A DNA stretch of 14,789 nt from Candidatus Margulisiibacteriota bacterium (GCA_043816785.1 JBDRHP010000072.1:1-14789); one strand, 5' to 3'. Positions 1 to 8,094 are shown, counted from the stretch's first letter. Program-made: numbers and translations. Notes: generated by a model not told the origin, from the sequence alone.

Positions 1-1
1 G

Positions 2-745
2 ATCTTAAATATTACTGATAATTTGGCGAATGCCAAGACAGTTGGCTTTAAGAAAGGCCGGGCGGAAATGGAGAGCCTCTTCTATATTGAGAAAAGCTTC
101 AAGGATATGTTGTATGAGGCAATGTCAGGATCAGATACCCCGCCGGTTACTGTGGAGTACGGTACTGGGGTTAGAGTTGCCTCAACCCCTCGCGATTTCT
201 CCCAGGGCGGAATTGAAACGACCAATAATCCTCTAGATATAGCTGTTAAGGGCAACGGTTTTCTTATTTTTCAAATGCCGGACGGTACGGCGGCTTATGG
301 CCGGGCCGGCAACCTGCATCTTGATAATGATGGTAACCTGGTTGATCCCAATGGCCACAAACTTGATCCTGGGATCGTTTTTCCTGATGGGACTACCTCA
401 GTGGTTATTCAGCAGGATGGGATAATCCAGGCGGCAATTAACAATGAAACGACATTTACCGAGGTTGGTCAGATTAATTTGGCGCGTTTCACCAATAATG
501 GCGGCCTAAAGAGCATTGGCCAAAACCTCCTGCAGGCTACGGAGTCCTCCGGTGACCCCTACATTGGGGTCCCTGGCGAAGATGGTTTCGGGTCCATTAA
601 TCAGTTTGCTTTGGAGCAATCTAACGTTGATGTCATTACCGAAATGATGCGCATGGTCATGGTTCAGCGGGTTTTTGATACAGTAACCAAGGCTGTGCAG
701 TCATATGAAGGCATGCTCACCAGTATAGATAGAATGAAACAATAA
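2..745 (+). CDS. flgG: Flagellar distal rod protein FlgG (5'-truncated by window edge)
   Basis: Frame is open from base 2 (ILNITDNLANAKTVGFKK, the rod/hook N-terminal NLAN-T-GFK motif). Also has YGTGVRV, NPLDIAVKGNGF and C-terminal LEQSNVDVITEM. Directly upstream of flgA-flgH-flgI. Confidence 0.85.
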   Translation: MLNITDNLANAKTVGFKKGRAEMESLFYIEKSFKDMLYEAMSGSDTPPVTVEYGTGVRVASTPRDFSQGGIETTNNPLDIAVKGNGFLIFQMPDGTAAYGRAGNLHLDNDGNLVDPNGHKLDPGIVFPDGTTSVVIQQDGIIQAAINNETTFTEVGQINLARFTNNGGLKSIGQNLLQATESSGDPYIGVPGEDGFGSINQFALEQSNVDVITEMMRMVMVQRVFDTVTKAVQSYEGMLTSIDRMKQ

Positions 746-1485
746 TGAAAATCAGAAAATTAGTATTAAATAGATTTTGGCTCTGTTGTCTGTTGGTCCT
801 GTTCTCTTCAGCTACTGCCTTTGCTTTGAAAGATCCCGAAGCAAAGCTTGCCAAAGTCATTGAGGATCATGTTGTTGCCGCCCATCCAAATTGGGCTGAA
901 CTTGATATCAGGATAACTTTTAAATTTGCCGATAAGACATTCAATGATCTGCGCAAGCTGAGTGAAAAAGCAAGCTTTACGGTTGTTGACGTTTATCAGG
1001 ACTTTCGGCCTGTTGGCAATGTGATTTTTCCGATCCAGATCAGCGATGAAGAGGTTAGCCGCAAGGTCTTTGTCCGGGCGCAGGTCGAGGTTTTTAAACC
1101 AGTAGTAGTTGTAAACAGGCTGATCAAGCGCGGTGAAACTATTGCTGAAGGGGATCTTGCGCTTGTGGCGCGAGATATTGCTATGCTGCCAGATAGTTAT
1201 TATGAGGATAAGGTTATGGTCATTGATACAGAGGCCAAGACGGCTATCCCTAAGAACAGCACGATCTTTAGATGGATGGTCAAGGAGATCCCGGTGGTAC
1301 GTCGAGGTGAAGAATTAACCATAAATATTAAAGGTGCTAATTTCCTGGTTAAAGCCCAGGGGATCGCTTTAATGGATGGCTATCTTGGAAAAAATGTGAA
1401 AGTTCGAAAAAAAGGTGTCAAGGACCCGAAAAAAATCCTGGAAGGCTTGCTGATTTCTTCCAAAGAAGTTGAGGTGGAGCTGTAA
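745..1485 (+). CDS. flgA: Flagellar P-ring assembly chaperone FlgA
   Basis: Signal peptide (..ATAFA-LK), SAF-like segment VVVVNRLIKRGETIAEGDL, and C-terminal VVRRGEELTI..GIALMDGYLGKNVKVR. Lies between flgG and flgH with TAATG coupling on both sides. Confidence 0.85.
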   Translation: MKIRKLVLNRFWLCCLLVLFSSATAFALKDPEAKLAKVIEDHVVAAHPNWAELDIRITFKFADKTFNDLRKLSEKASFTVVDVYQDFRPVGNVIFPIQISDEEVSRKVFVRAQVEVFKPVVVVNRLIKRGETIAEGDLALVARDIAMLPDSYYEDKVMVIDTEAKTAIPKNSTIFRWMVKEIPVVRRGEELTINIKGANFLVKAQGIALMDGYLGKNVKVRKKGVKDPKKILEGLLISSKEVEVEL

Positions 1486-2087
1486 TGACCAGACAAATTA
1501 GTTTTGGATTTTGCTTTTTGATTTTTGTCTTTGCCCTGGTTTTGCCATCATTAGCTGATGCGATCTGGAATGACAAGGAAAGCGCCTCACCATACAGTAC
1601 GGAAAGAGCTTACAAAACAGGTGATATCATTAATATTATTATTTTAGAAAGTACTACAGCGCAGAACCGCGCTGGCACCAAGACTGATATTAAGGATGAC
1701 CTGAGTGCTAAATTTACTCATACCCTTCAGCAGTTGGCGCCGGTGATCGGCACCAATAACCAGGCTGCTGGCCAGGCAGCAAATAAATATTCGGGGTCAG
1801 GCCAAACCTCGCGCGTCAGCAATGTTGAAGCGCGGATCGCTGCTTGGGTTACCGATGTTTTACCAAATGGCAACCTGATGATCAAGGGCAGGCACAAGGT
1901 CCAGGTTAATGACGAGATCCAGGAAATAAGCATTACCGGCAGTGTTCGGGCTAAAGACATCAGCGGGGCAAACACGGTTTTTTCATATCAGGTTGCTGAC
2001 GCGGAACTTATGGTCAAGGGGACTGGGGTGGTTGCTGAGTCTGAATCTCCGGGATGGTTTACCAGGATATTAAACTGGTTGTTTTAG
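1485..2087 (+). CDS. flgH: Flagellar L-ring protein FlgH (no lipobox)
   Basis: Motifs RAYKTGDIINIIILES, VTDVLPNGNLMIKGRH, ITGSVRAKDISGANTVFSYQVADA and C-terminal PGWFTRILNWLF. Confidence 0.92.
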   Translation: MTRQISFGFCFLIFVFALVLPSLADAIWNDKESASPYSTERAYKTGDIINIIILESTTAQNRAGTKTDIKDDLSAKFTHTLQQLAPVIGTNNQAAGQAANKYSGSGQTSRVSNVEARIAAWVTDVLPNGNLMIKGRHKVQVNDEIQEISITGSVRAKDISGANTVFSYQVADAELMVKGTGVVAESESPGWFTRILNWLF

Positions 2088-2096
2088 GAGGATAAA

Positions 2097-3194
2097 GTGG
2101 TGCGACTTATTGCAATATTTGCTGTGCTCTGTGTTCTGAGTTCTGTGGCCCTTGCGGTCTCTCCAACTGTCAGGATCAAGGATATCGCCCATGTTCTGGA
2201 AGCCCGCGATAATCAATTAATGGGTTTTGGTTTAGTGGTCGGCTTGCGTAATAGCGGGGACAGAAGCAGCACAGGTTTTACCCAGCAGGCCTTGACTAAT
2301 CTTTTGTCGCGTATGGGGGTAGTGCCTCAATCCGTAGATTTTCGCTCTCGCAATGTGGCGGCAGTCATGGTCACAGCGACTTTGCCCCCATTTATCAAGC
2401 CGGGCCAAAAACTAGATATTACCGTCTCTTCGGTTGGTGACGCAACTTCTTTGCAGGGAGGGACCTTATTGGTCACCCCTCTGCACGGGGTTGATGACGA
2501 AGTCTACGCAGTTGCCCAGGGCAGCCTGCTGGTTGGTTTGGCGTCCGGGACGCCATCTGTTCCCTATATCAAGCAGCGGCAGACAACGGTCGGCAGAATA
2601 CCGGGAGGCGCGCTGGTTGAAAAGGAAGTGCCTGTTTCAATCGGTAATAAAGGTGTGGTGACGATTGTGCTGGATCAGCCGGATTTTACAACGGCAAACC
2701 GGGTTTCGGAGAGTATTCGTCGAGCAGGAATAGATGCCGAGGCAATGGATGCGGCAACCGTTACTGTTTCTCCTGGTACGGATATTAACCTGGTGAGGCT
2801 AGTTTCTCGAGTTGAGAATTTGACAATTGTGCCTGATGTGGTGGCTAAGATCGTTGTTAATGAGCGAACGGGCACGATCGTTATAGGTGAGAGTGTAAAA
2901 ATCTCTCCAGTGGCAGTTTCCTATGCCGGCATAGATGTTATTATCGGTGATGTGGCGCTATTCTCAGAGGGGACGGCGGGAGATTCCAGCCAGGACGATG
3001 CCCGTTATCGCGCCCGTTCTATGGCCACGCTTAAACGAACTGAAGGTAAGCTTAGTCTTGTTTCTGGCGGGGCGACCCTGTCCGGCCTGGTCAGGGCCCT
3101 TAATTCTATCGGGGCTTCACCGCAGGACCTGATCGCCATACTTCAGGCAATGAAGAAATCTGGCGCGATCAACGCGGAGTTAGAGGTGATCTAA
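2097..3194 (+). CDS. flgI: Flagellar P-ring protein FlgI
   Basis: RIKDIA..RDNQLMGFGLVVGL, NVAAVMVTATLPPF, GDATSLQGGTLL, IVVNERTGTIVIG, DLIAILQAMKKSGAINAELEVI. GTG start with an AGGAGG Shine-Dalgarno. Confidence 0.96.
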   Translation: MVRLIAIFAVLCVLSSVALAVSPTVRIKDIAHVLEARDNQLMGFGLVVGLRNSGDRSSTGFTQQALTNLLSRMGVVPQSVDFRSRNVAAVMVTATLPPFIKPGQKLDITVSSVGDATSLQGGTLLVTPLHGVDDEVYAVAQGSLLVGLASGTPSVPYIKQRQTTVGRIPGGALVEKEVPVSIGNKGVVTIVLDQPDFTTANRVSESIRRAGIDAEAMDAATVTVSPGTDINLVRLVSRVENLTIVPDVVAKIVVNERTGTIVIGESVKISPVAVSYAGIDVIIGDVALFSEGTAGDSSQDDARYRARSMATLKRTEGKLSLVSGGATLSGLVRALNSIGASPQDLIAILQAMKKSGAINAELEVI

Positions 3195-3469
3195 TGATCG
3201 ACTCAATTCAGGCTTATCAAAGCGGGCCAAAGGATATGCTGCAACGGGCCATACCGGCGATAAGCTATGCTCAGCAGCAGCAGATCAAGACTGAGTTCCT
3301 GGCGATCTTTTACAAGGAACTGCTTAAGCAGGCTTTTAAACCGCCTAAATTGGGCTTGAGCGAAGATGATATTTCTTTTAGCAGCACCTTTGGGGCGGAC
3401 ATGCTGGTTGATCAGTTTGCTCTGCAGCTGGCGCAAAGTAATGCTTTTAAGGATGCCTTGATAGAATGA
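3194..3469 (+). CDS. flgJ: Short FlgJ-like rod-binding protein (no muramidase domain)
   Basis: Directly after flgI. TEFLAIFYKELLKQA and DMLVDQFALQLAQS resemble the FlgJ N-terminal FEA.F...MLK and M.D...A..L motifs. Only 91 aa. Confidence 0.65.
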   Translation: MIDSIQAYQSGPKDMLQRAIPAISYAQQQQIKTEFLAIFYKELLKQAFKPPKLGLSEDDISFSSTFGADMLVDQFALQLAQSNAFKDALIE

Positions 3470-4200
3470 CCAATAGTAAAATAAAATCAGTTAAGAAAAA
3501 GAAGAAAGCTACCCCTAAATCTCTGGAGCAGTATATGCCGCTCGTGCACTCGATCGCGGCCATGATATCCGGCAGGGGTTTGCCGCCGAATATTCTTTAC
3601 GATGATCTAGTCTCTGACGGGACAATTGGCTTGATGAAAGCCTGGGAAAATTTTGATCCGGATCGGGGGGTCAAGTTCGAAACGTATGCCTCTTATCGGG
3701 TGCGGGGGGAAATGTTGGATGGGTTAAAAAATTACAACCCAGTGCCTTACCGCGTTCAGGTAAAGGTGCGTGATCTGGCAAAAAAGGGCGTTAGTTCGGT
3801 CGTGGACCGCAAAGAGGCCAAAGAGGATGAGCTGCTGGAAAAGAAGGAGTTAAGCGCGGATGAGTTTAAGCAAGCTGTGAAGAGGATCAAAAAGATCGTT
3901 TCAGCTTCTGCTTTGATGTATCTTTTGTCTATTGAAGAAATGGCCGTGGTGGGGGTTGAGGCGCCAGTGCCAGGAGAAACAACCCCGGCGGCAGAACTGG
4001 AATTCGACGAATTAAAAGGACGCATCCGCAACACGGTGTTGGACCTGCCGCCGCTGCAAAAAAAGGTTGTTGAAATGTTTTTTAATCAGGGGATAAATCA
4101 GAAGACCATCGCTAAAAAACTGACATTATCACGGCCCAAAGTCTGCCGCTTGTTAGCTAAAGCGGTAAAAACTATTCAGGTAAAGCTTAAACATGGTTAG
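3466..4200 (+). CDS. fliA: FliA/WhiG-family (sigma28-like) RNA polymerase sigma factor, divergent
   Basis: Region 2: YMPLVHSIA..LPPNILYDDLVSDGTIGLMKAWENFDPDRGVKFETYASYRVRGEMLD. Region 4 HTH: LPPLQKKVVEMFF..INQKTIAKKLTLSRPKVCRLLAKAV. Confidence 0.75.
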   Translation: MTNSKIKSVKKKKKATPKSLEQYMPLVHSIAAMISGRGLPPNILYDDLVSDGTIGLMKAWENFDPDRGVKFETYASYRVRGEMLDGLKNYNPVPYRVQVKVRDLAKKGVSSVVDRKEAKEDELLEKKELSADEFKQAVKRIKKIVSASALMYLLSIEEMAVVGVEAPVPGETTPAAELEFDELKGRIRNTVLDLPPLQKKVVEMFFNQGINQKTIAKKLTLSRPKVCRLLAKAVKTIQVKLKHG

Positions 4201-4498
4201 ACCAATGGAATTATTCGATACGCAATTTAGGAATATTGAGCGGGGGATGGAAATTGCCACCCGCCGCCAGGAAGTAATTACCCATAACATTGCCAACGCG
4301 AAAACGCCAGGCTTTGAACCGTTAGCTTTTGATGAAGAATTAATGGCGGCGGTAAAAAGGCTGGACCGCAAAGAAGTTGTGCTGGAAGAAGAGCTGTCAG
4401 CTTTGACCGAGAATTCAGTCAAATATTCATCATACGTTAAACTGCTTACTTCAAAAATTAATATGCTGAGAACAATTGCTACGCAGGGGAGGCGGTAA
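4193..4498 (+). CDS. flgB: Flagellar proximal rod protein FlgB, shortened (start may be the ATG at 4205)
   Basis: RQEVITHNIANAKTPGF motif and C-terminal helix ENSVKYSSYVKLLTSKINMLRTI. Directly upstream of flgC. Confidence 0.88.
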   Translation: MVRPMELFDTQFRNIERGMEIATRRQEVITHNIANAKTPGFEPLAFDEELMAAVKRLDRKEVVLEEELSALTENSVKYSSYVKLLTSKINMLRTIATQGRR

Positions 4499-4504
4499 TA
4501 ATCC

Positions 4505-4939
4505 ATGGGGCTTGATCAGGCTTTAAATATCAGTGTTACCGGATTGCAGGCGCAAAGAGTGACCATGGAATTAATCGCTTCCAATCTGGCGAATATTAAC
4601 ACTACTAGAACTGTTTTTGGTGGCCCATACCGCCGCCGTGTTGCTGTGCTGGCTGAAACTCCAGTGAAGTCATTTGCTGATGAATTATCTCTGGCCGAGA
4701 CCCGGATGCACGGGGGCGGAGTTGATGTGGTTGAGGTGGTAGAAGACTCAACTCCCTTTCAGAAAGCCTATAAACCAGGCCATCCTGATGCTGATAGACA
4801 AGGTTATGTTTCCCTGCCAAATGTTAATTATTCCGAGGAGATGGTCGATCTGATGTATACTTCCCGGATGTATGAGGCCAATATTACGGCTTTTAACGCG
4901 ACTAAGAAAATGATGCAAGATACTTTGCAACTACCCTAA
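4505..4939 (+). CDS. flgC: Flagellar proximal rod protein FlgC
   Basis: ISVTGLQAQRVTMELIASNLANINTTR..GGPYRRR, YKPGHPDAD..GYVSLPNVN..EEMVDL..SRMYEAN. Confidence 0.96.
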   Translation: MGLDQALNISVTGLQAQRVTMELIASNLANINTTRTVFGGPYRRRVAVLAETPVKSFADELSLAETRMHGGGVDVVEVVEDSTPFQKAYKPGHPDADRQGYVSLPNVNYSEEMVDLMYTSRMYEANITAFNATKKMMQDTLQLP

Positions 4940-4951
4940 GGAGTTGTTTAA

Positions 4952-5320
4952 ATGGCGGAACAGATAAGTCCGATCAATAATGCTGAGATGAGGCTGGCCC
5001 AGATCCTGGGTGATGATTATTTGTCGCAGGCGTCAGAGGTGGCTGCCGGGCCGGCAGAAGCAGCCAAACCCCTTGGACAGCCCACGCTTTCCGGAAATCC
5101 ATTTGAAGATGTTCTGGCCAAAGCAATGCATGCTATTGATGGGGTTAGTCGCTCAGAAATGCACGCTAATCAATTGATTGAAAAATATATGCGTGGCGAA
5201 GTGGAAATGCACGAAGTGATGATTGCCCAGTCTAAGATTAGCATTATGATGCAGCTGGCTGTCTCGACTATCACTTCAGCAGTCACCAGCTTTAAAGAGA
5301 TCACGCAGATGCAGATCTAA
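4952..5320 (+). CDS. fliE: Hook-basal body protein FliE
   Basis: FEDVLAKAMHAI..GEVEMHEVMIAQSK..FKEITQMQI, in flgC-fliE-fliF order. Confidence 0.92.
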   Translation: MAEQISPINNAEMRLAQILGDDYLSQASEVAAGPAEAAKPLGQPTLSGNPFEDVLAKAMHAIDGVSRSEMHANQLIEKYMRGEVEMHEVMIAQSKISIMMQLAVSTITSAVTSFKEITQMQI

Positions 5321-5323
5321 TTA

Positions 5324-5343
5324 CCTGCCTGACGGCAGGCAGG
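5324..5343. repeat. Short palindromic element CCTGCCTG-ACGG-CAGGCAGG (family B)
   Basis: Perfect 8-bp inverted repeat with a 4-nt loop in the fliE-fliF gap. A near-identical element lies at 14453-14473. Confidence 0.85.
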
Positions 5344-5353
5344 AGGAGGAGTA

Positions 5354-6916
5354 ATGGCGGAACCAGCTTCAGCCGCCCTGGCAGCAGGCGGATTTGATAT
5401 AAGAAGATTATTGCTTTTGGCCGGAGTGGGCATTGTTATTTCTATTGCGGTCCTATTCTTTTTCTTTCGCGGCTGCGCGCCGTCCGTCCGCGGAACAAGC
5501 GGCTATACTGTTATTTATTCCAACCTAAGCCTCAAGGACGCGGCTAATGCGATTGGCCGTCTTAAAGAGCTGGCGATACCCTATGAAATCAAAGATGAAG
5601 GCGGGTCCATAGCCGTGCCAAAACAACGCGCTGATGAAGCTAGATTGGGGCTGGCGGAAAAGAACCTGCCGGCTGGCGGTGTCGTGGGTTGGGAGATCTT
5701 TGATGAGGCCAGGCTTGGGGCGACTGATTTTGACCGGCGGATCCAATTAATTAGGGCGATTTCTGGTGAGCTTTCCCGGACCATCAGGCGGATCCAGGCG
5801 GTTGAAGACGCCCGGGTACAAATTGTTATGCCAGAGACCCGGCTGTTTGCTGAAACAGCGGCTCCAGTGACCGCTTCTGTAATGCTGCGCTTGCGTCCCG
5901 GCGCCACCTTAGACATGGCAAAGGTCAATGGGATTATTCATCTGGTGGCCAGCAGCGTGGAAAATTTACAGACAGAGAATGTAACGGTGGTTGATAATAC
6001 TGGTCGAATTCTGACTGCCAAAGCGGCCGGGCAGCCAGTTCCGGAAATACCCGTTGCGGTTGGACAACCGTTGCCAAAACCAACGACTGAAGTCCCGCCG
6101 GTTGAAGTTGTTGTAAAAAAAGAAATTGAAGTTGTAAGAAAAATAGTTGAACCAGTTGTTGAAGTGAAGGAGAAAGAAAAAGAAGTCAAAGTGGAAAAGC
6201 CAAAGGAAGAACCTAAGGAGGTTGCAGAAGTCAAACTCCCCTTGACTTCAGAGGAGAAAATTCTGCTCATAGTGCAGGCCAAAAAAGAGCTGGAGCGTAA
6301 TTTGGCCGGCAAGGCCCAGGAGATACTAAATCGTTTTTATCCTCCTAATAGCGCGATTGTTAAAGTGAACGTTGAAATCCTCAATGGTAATAAGGGCAGC
6401 AAATTTGTAGCAGAGCAATTAAAGGTCAAAAAAACGACCGCGGTAATTTTGATTGACAACCGGGTAGATCTTACCAAGGAGTTAAAACAGGCAACTTATC
6501 AAGCCATAGCTGCGGCCATTGGCTACAACCGCAAACGCGGCGACCGTATTGTTATGCAAAAGGTGCCGTTCCATTTGGCTACCCCTCCGCCTGAGATAAT
6601 TAAGGGGGAAGTGGAAAAAGTGCTGCCGACTAAGCCAAAAATGAAATTACCTGTTTTGCCAGCCAGCTGGCTGCGCAACATCGCCTGGCTAATGGGAATT
6701 GTTGCCGCGGCATTTGTTGTTATCTTGCTTATCGGGCGCTTTCGGCCAAAACCAAAGACAACTGCCAAGGTCGTGGCTAGACCACAGAGCCCGCCATCTA
6801 AACCAACACCGCCTTTGAGCAGGGAAAAGACCAATGCCCTGGAGAACATTAAATCGGCGGTGGAAAGGGATCCTGAGCGTATTGCCCAGCTGCTCAGGAG
6901 CTGGTTAACGGAATAA
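5354..6916 (+). CDS. fliF: MS-ring protein FliF, atypical (PEVK-rich insertion, beta-collar apparently absent)
   Basis: TM1; GWEIFDEARLGATDFDRRIQLIRAISGELSRTI; ARVQIVMPE; TASVML; IIHLVASSVENLQTENVTVVDNTG; AIGYNRKRGDRIVMQKVPF; TM2; C-terminal DPERIAQLLRSWL. Confidence 0.93.
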   Translation: MAEPASAALAAGGFDIRRLLLLAGVGIVISIAVLFFFFRGCAPSVRGTSGYTVIYSNLSLKDAANAIGRLKELAIPYEIKDEGGSIAVPKQRADEARLGLAEKNLPAGGVVGWEIFDEARLGATDFDRRIQLIRAISGELSRTIRRIQAVEDARVQIVMPETRLFAETAAPVTASVMLRLRPGATLDMAKVNGIIHLVASSVENLQTENVTVVDNTGRILTAKAAGQPVPEIPVAVGQPLPKPTTEVPPVEVVVKKEIEVVRKIVEPVVEVKEKEKEVKVEKPKEEPKEVAEVKLPLTSEEKILLIVQAKKELERNLAGKAQEILNRFYPPNSAIVKVNVEILNGNKGSKFVAEQLKVKKTTAVILIDNRVDLTKELKQATYQAIAAAIGYNRKRGDRIVMQKVPFHLATPPPEIIKGEVEKVLPTKPKMKLPVLPASWLRNIAWLMGIVAAAFVVILLIGRFRPKPKTTAKVVARPQSPPSKPTPPLSREKTNALENIKSAVERDPERIAQLLRSWLTE

Positions 6917-7389
6917 TGCCGTTAACGGGAAGGGAGAAAGCAACAATATTTTTGTCTATTTTAGGCGCTGAGACGTCAGCCAGGGTCTTACGTTATTTGC
7001 CTGATGAGTTGGCTGATCTGATCGCTTCAGGAATTAATCATTTGCCATCGCCTTCTCAGGACGCGCTCTCAGAAGTTTTAGGAGAATTTAAAGGTTTTGT
7101 GGCTTTACCCGAATCCCGGGAGGCAGTTCCTGCGCCGCAGATCGCGCAGAAACCTAAGTCAGTAATACCCAAGCGCCAGTTTGGCTTTTTACTATACGAA
7201 CGTCCGCAAATGTCAGCCTTTCTTTTGTCGCAATTGCCCGGTGATCAGCGCGAGGAAGCTTTGAACTCCTTATCTAGGGAGAAAGGGATTGTTATGGGGC
7301 TCTTAGCTAATTTGAAAAATAATATCTTAACAGAAAAACTGTCCGCCAAACTTAAGGAACAATTCAAGGGAAAGTTGTTTTCAGAATAA
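6916..7389 (+). CDS. fliG: Miniature FliG (N domain plus reduced middle domain, no C-terminal torque domain)
   Basis: LTGREKATIFLSILGAETSARVLRYL..VLGEF matches FliG-N, and YERPQMSAFLLSQL matches the EHPQ motif. Coupled to fliF (TAATG). The stop is 6 nt before fliH. Confidence 0.85.
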   Translation: MPLTGREKATIFLSILGAETSARVLRYLPDELADLIASGINHLPSPSQDALSEVLGEFKGFVALPESREAVPAPQIAQKPKSVIPKRQFGFLLYERPQMSAFLLSQLPGDQREEALNSLSREKGIVMGLLANLKNNILTEKLSAKLKEQFKGKLFSE

Positions 7390-7395
7390 TCAAAA

Positions 7396-8094
7396 ATGGG
7401 ACTGATCAAAAGAGATCAAATTGAAGAAAAAGGCACGGTTATCATTGAGAAGAAACCGCCGCTGATCCATGCTAAGCCAAAACCAAAACCAATTGCTCCA
7501 ACTGTTCCCAGTAAACCCTTGACCACTGATGATCTGCCCAAAGCCAAGAGCGAGGCCCAGCGGATCGTTGATCAAGCTATGAATGAAGCCGAAGCAGTAA
7601 AGGAAGAGGCCAGGGAGGCCGGTCGAGAAGAAGGCATGGCTGAAGCCTCGGCGCGGATCGAGGAAGCGCTAGTAACTCTTGACGAAGCTGTTAAAGAGCG
7701 CAGGGTAATCATTAAAGATGCTGAGCAGGAAATTTTAAGGCTGGCCATCCGGGTTGCCGAGCAGATTATCAGGTCTGAGGTTTCTTTGCATCGTGATGTT
7801 TGTTTGAATATTGTTGCTGAGGCGATTTCCCGTGTCTCAGACCGGGAACAGATTATCGTCAGGGTAAATCGTGAAGACGCGGAACATCTTAAACGTTATA
7901 AGGATCGTCTGGCGGGCATGCTTGATGGGGTAAAGAGCTTTTCGATTTTGGAGGACGCCAATGTGGAACCCGGTGGCTGTGTTATCGAGACCAATTTAGG
8001 CTTTATTGATGCGAAAATATCCACCAAGCTGAAATCTATTGAAACAGCCTTCAAAAAAGTCTCTTCCGAAGAAGAAGATCGATTGCCTCAATGA
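7396..8094 (+). CDS. fliH: Export ATPase regulator FliH/SctL family
   Basis: [13 protein letters not shown] glycine-repeat helix, [43 protein letters not shown]. Confidence 0.92.
   Translation: MGLIKRDQIEEKGTVIIEKKPPLIHAKPKPKPIAPTVPSKPLTTDDLPKAKSEAQRIVDQAMNEAEAVKEEAREAGREEGMAEASARIEEALVTLDEAVKERRVIIKDAEQEILRLAIRVAEQIIRSEVSLHRDVCLNIVAEAISRVSDREQIIVRVNREDAEHLKRYKDRLAGMLDGVKSFSILEDANVEPGGCVIETNLGFIDAKISTKLKSIETAFKKVSSEEEDRLPQ

Noticed and set aside
909..935. GCCGATAA (perfect sigma28 -10) at 928-935 inside flgA
   Set aside because: No TAAA at the required spacing (the nearest is only 3 nt away), and the site is intragenic. Likely chance.
3194..3469. Single-domain FlgJ as an anomaly
   Set aside because: FlgJ without the muramidase domain is common outside beta/gamma-proteobacteria.
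3803..4375. 13-nt match TGGACCGCAAAGA shared by fliA and flgB (peptide DRKE..ELSA)
   Set aside because: About one 13-mer match is expected by chance in 15 kb, and there is no extended alignment.
6916..7395. fliG as a pseudogene or frameshift
   Set aside because: The ORF is clean and tightly packed between its neighbours, with no residual C-domain sequence in other frames.
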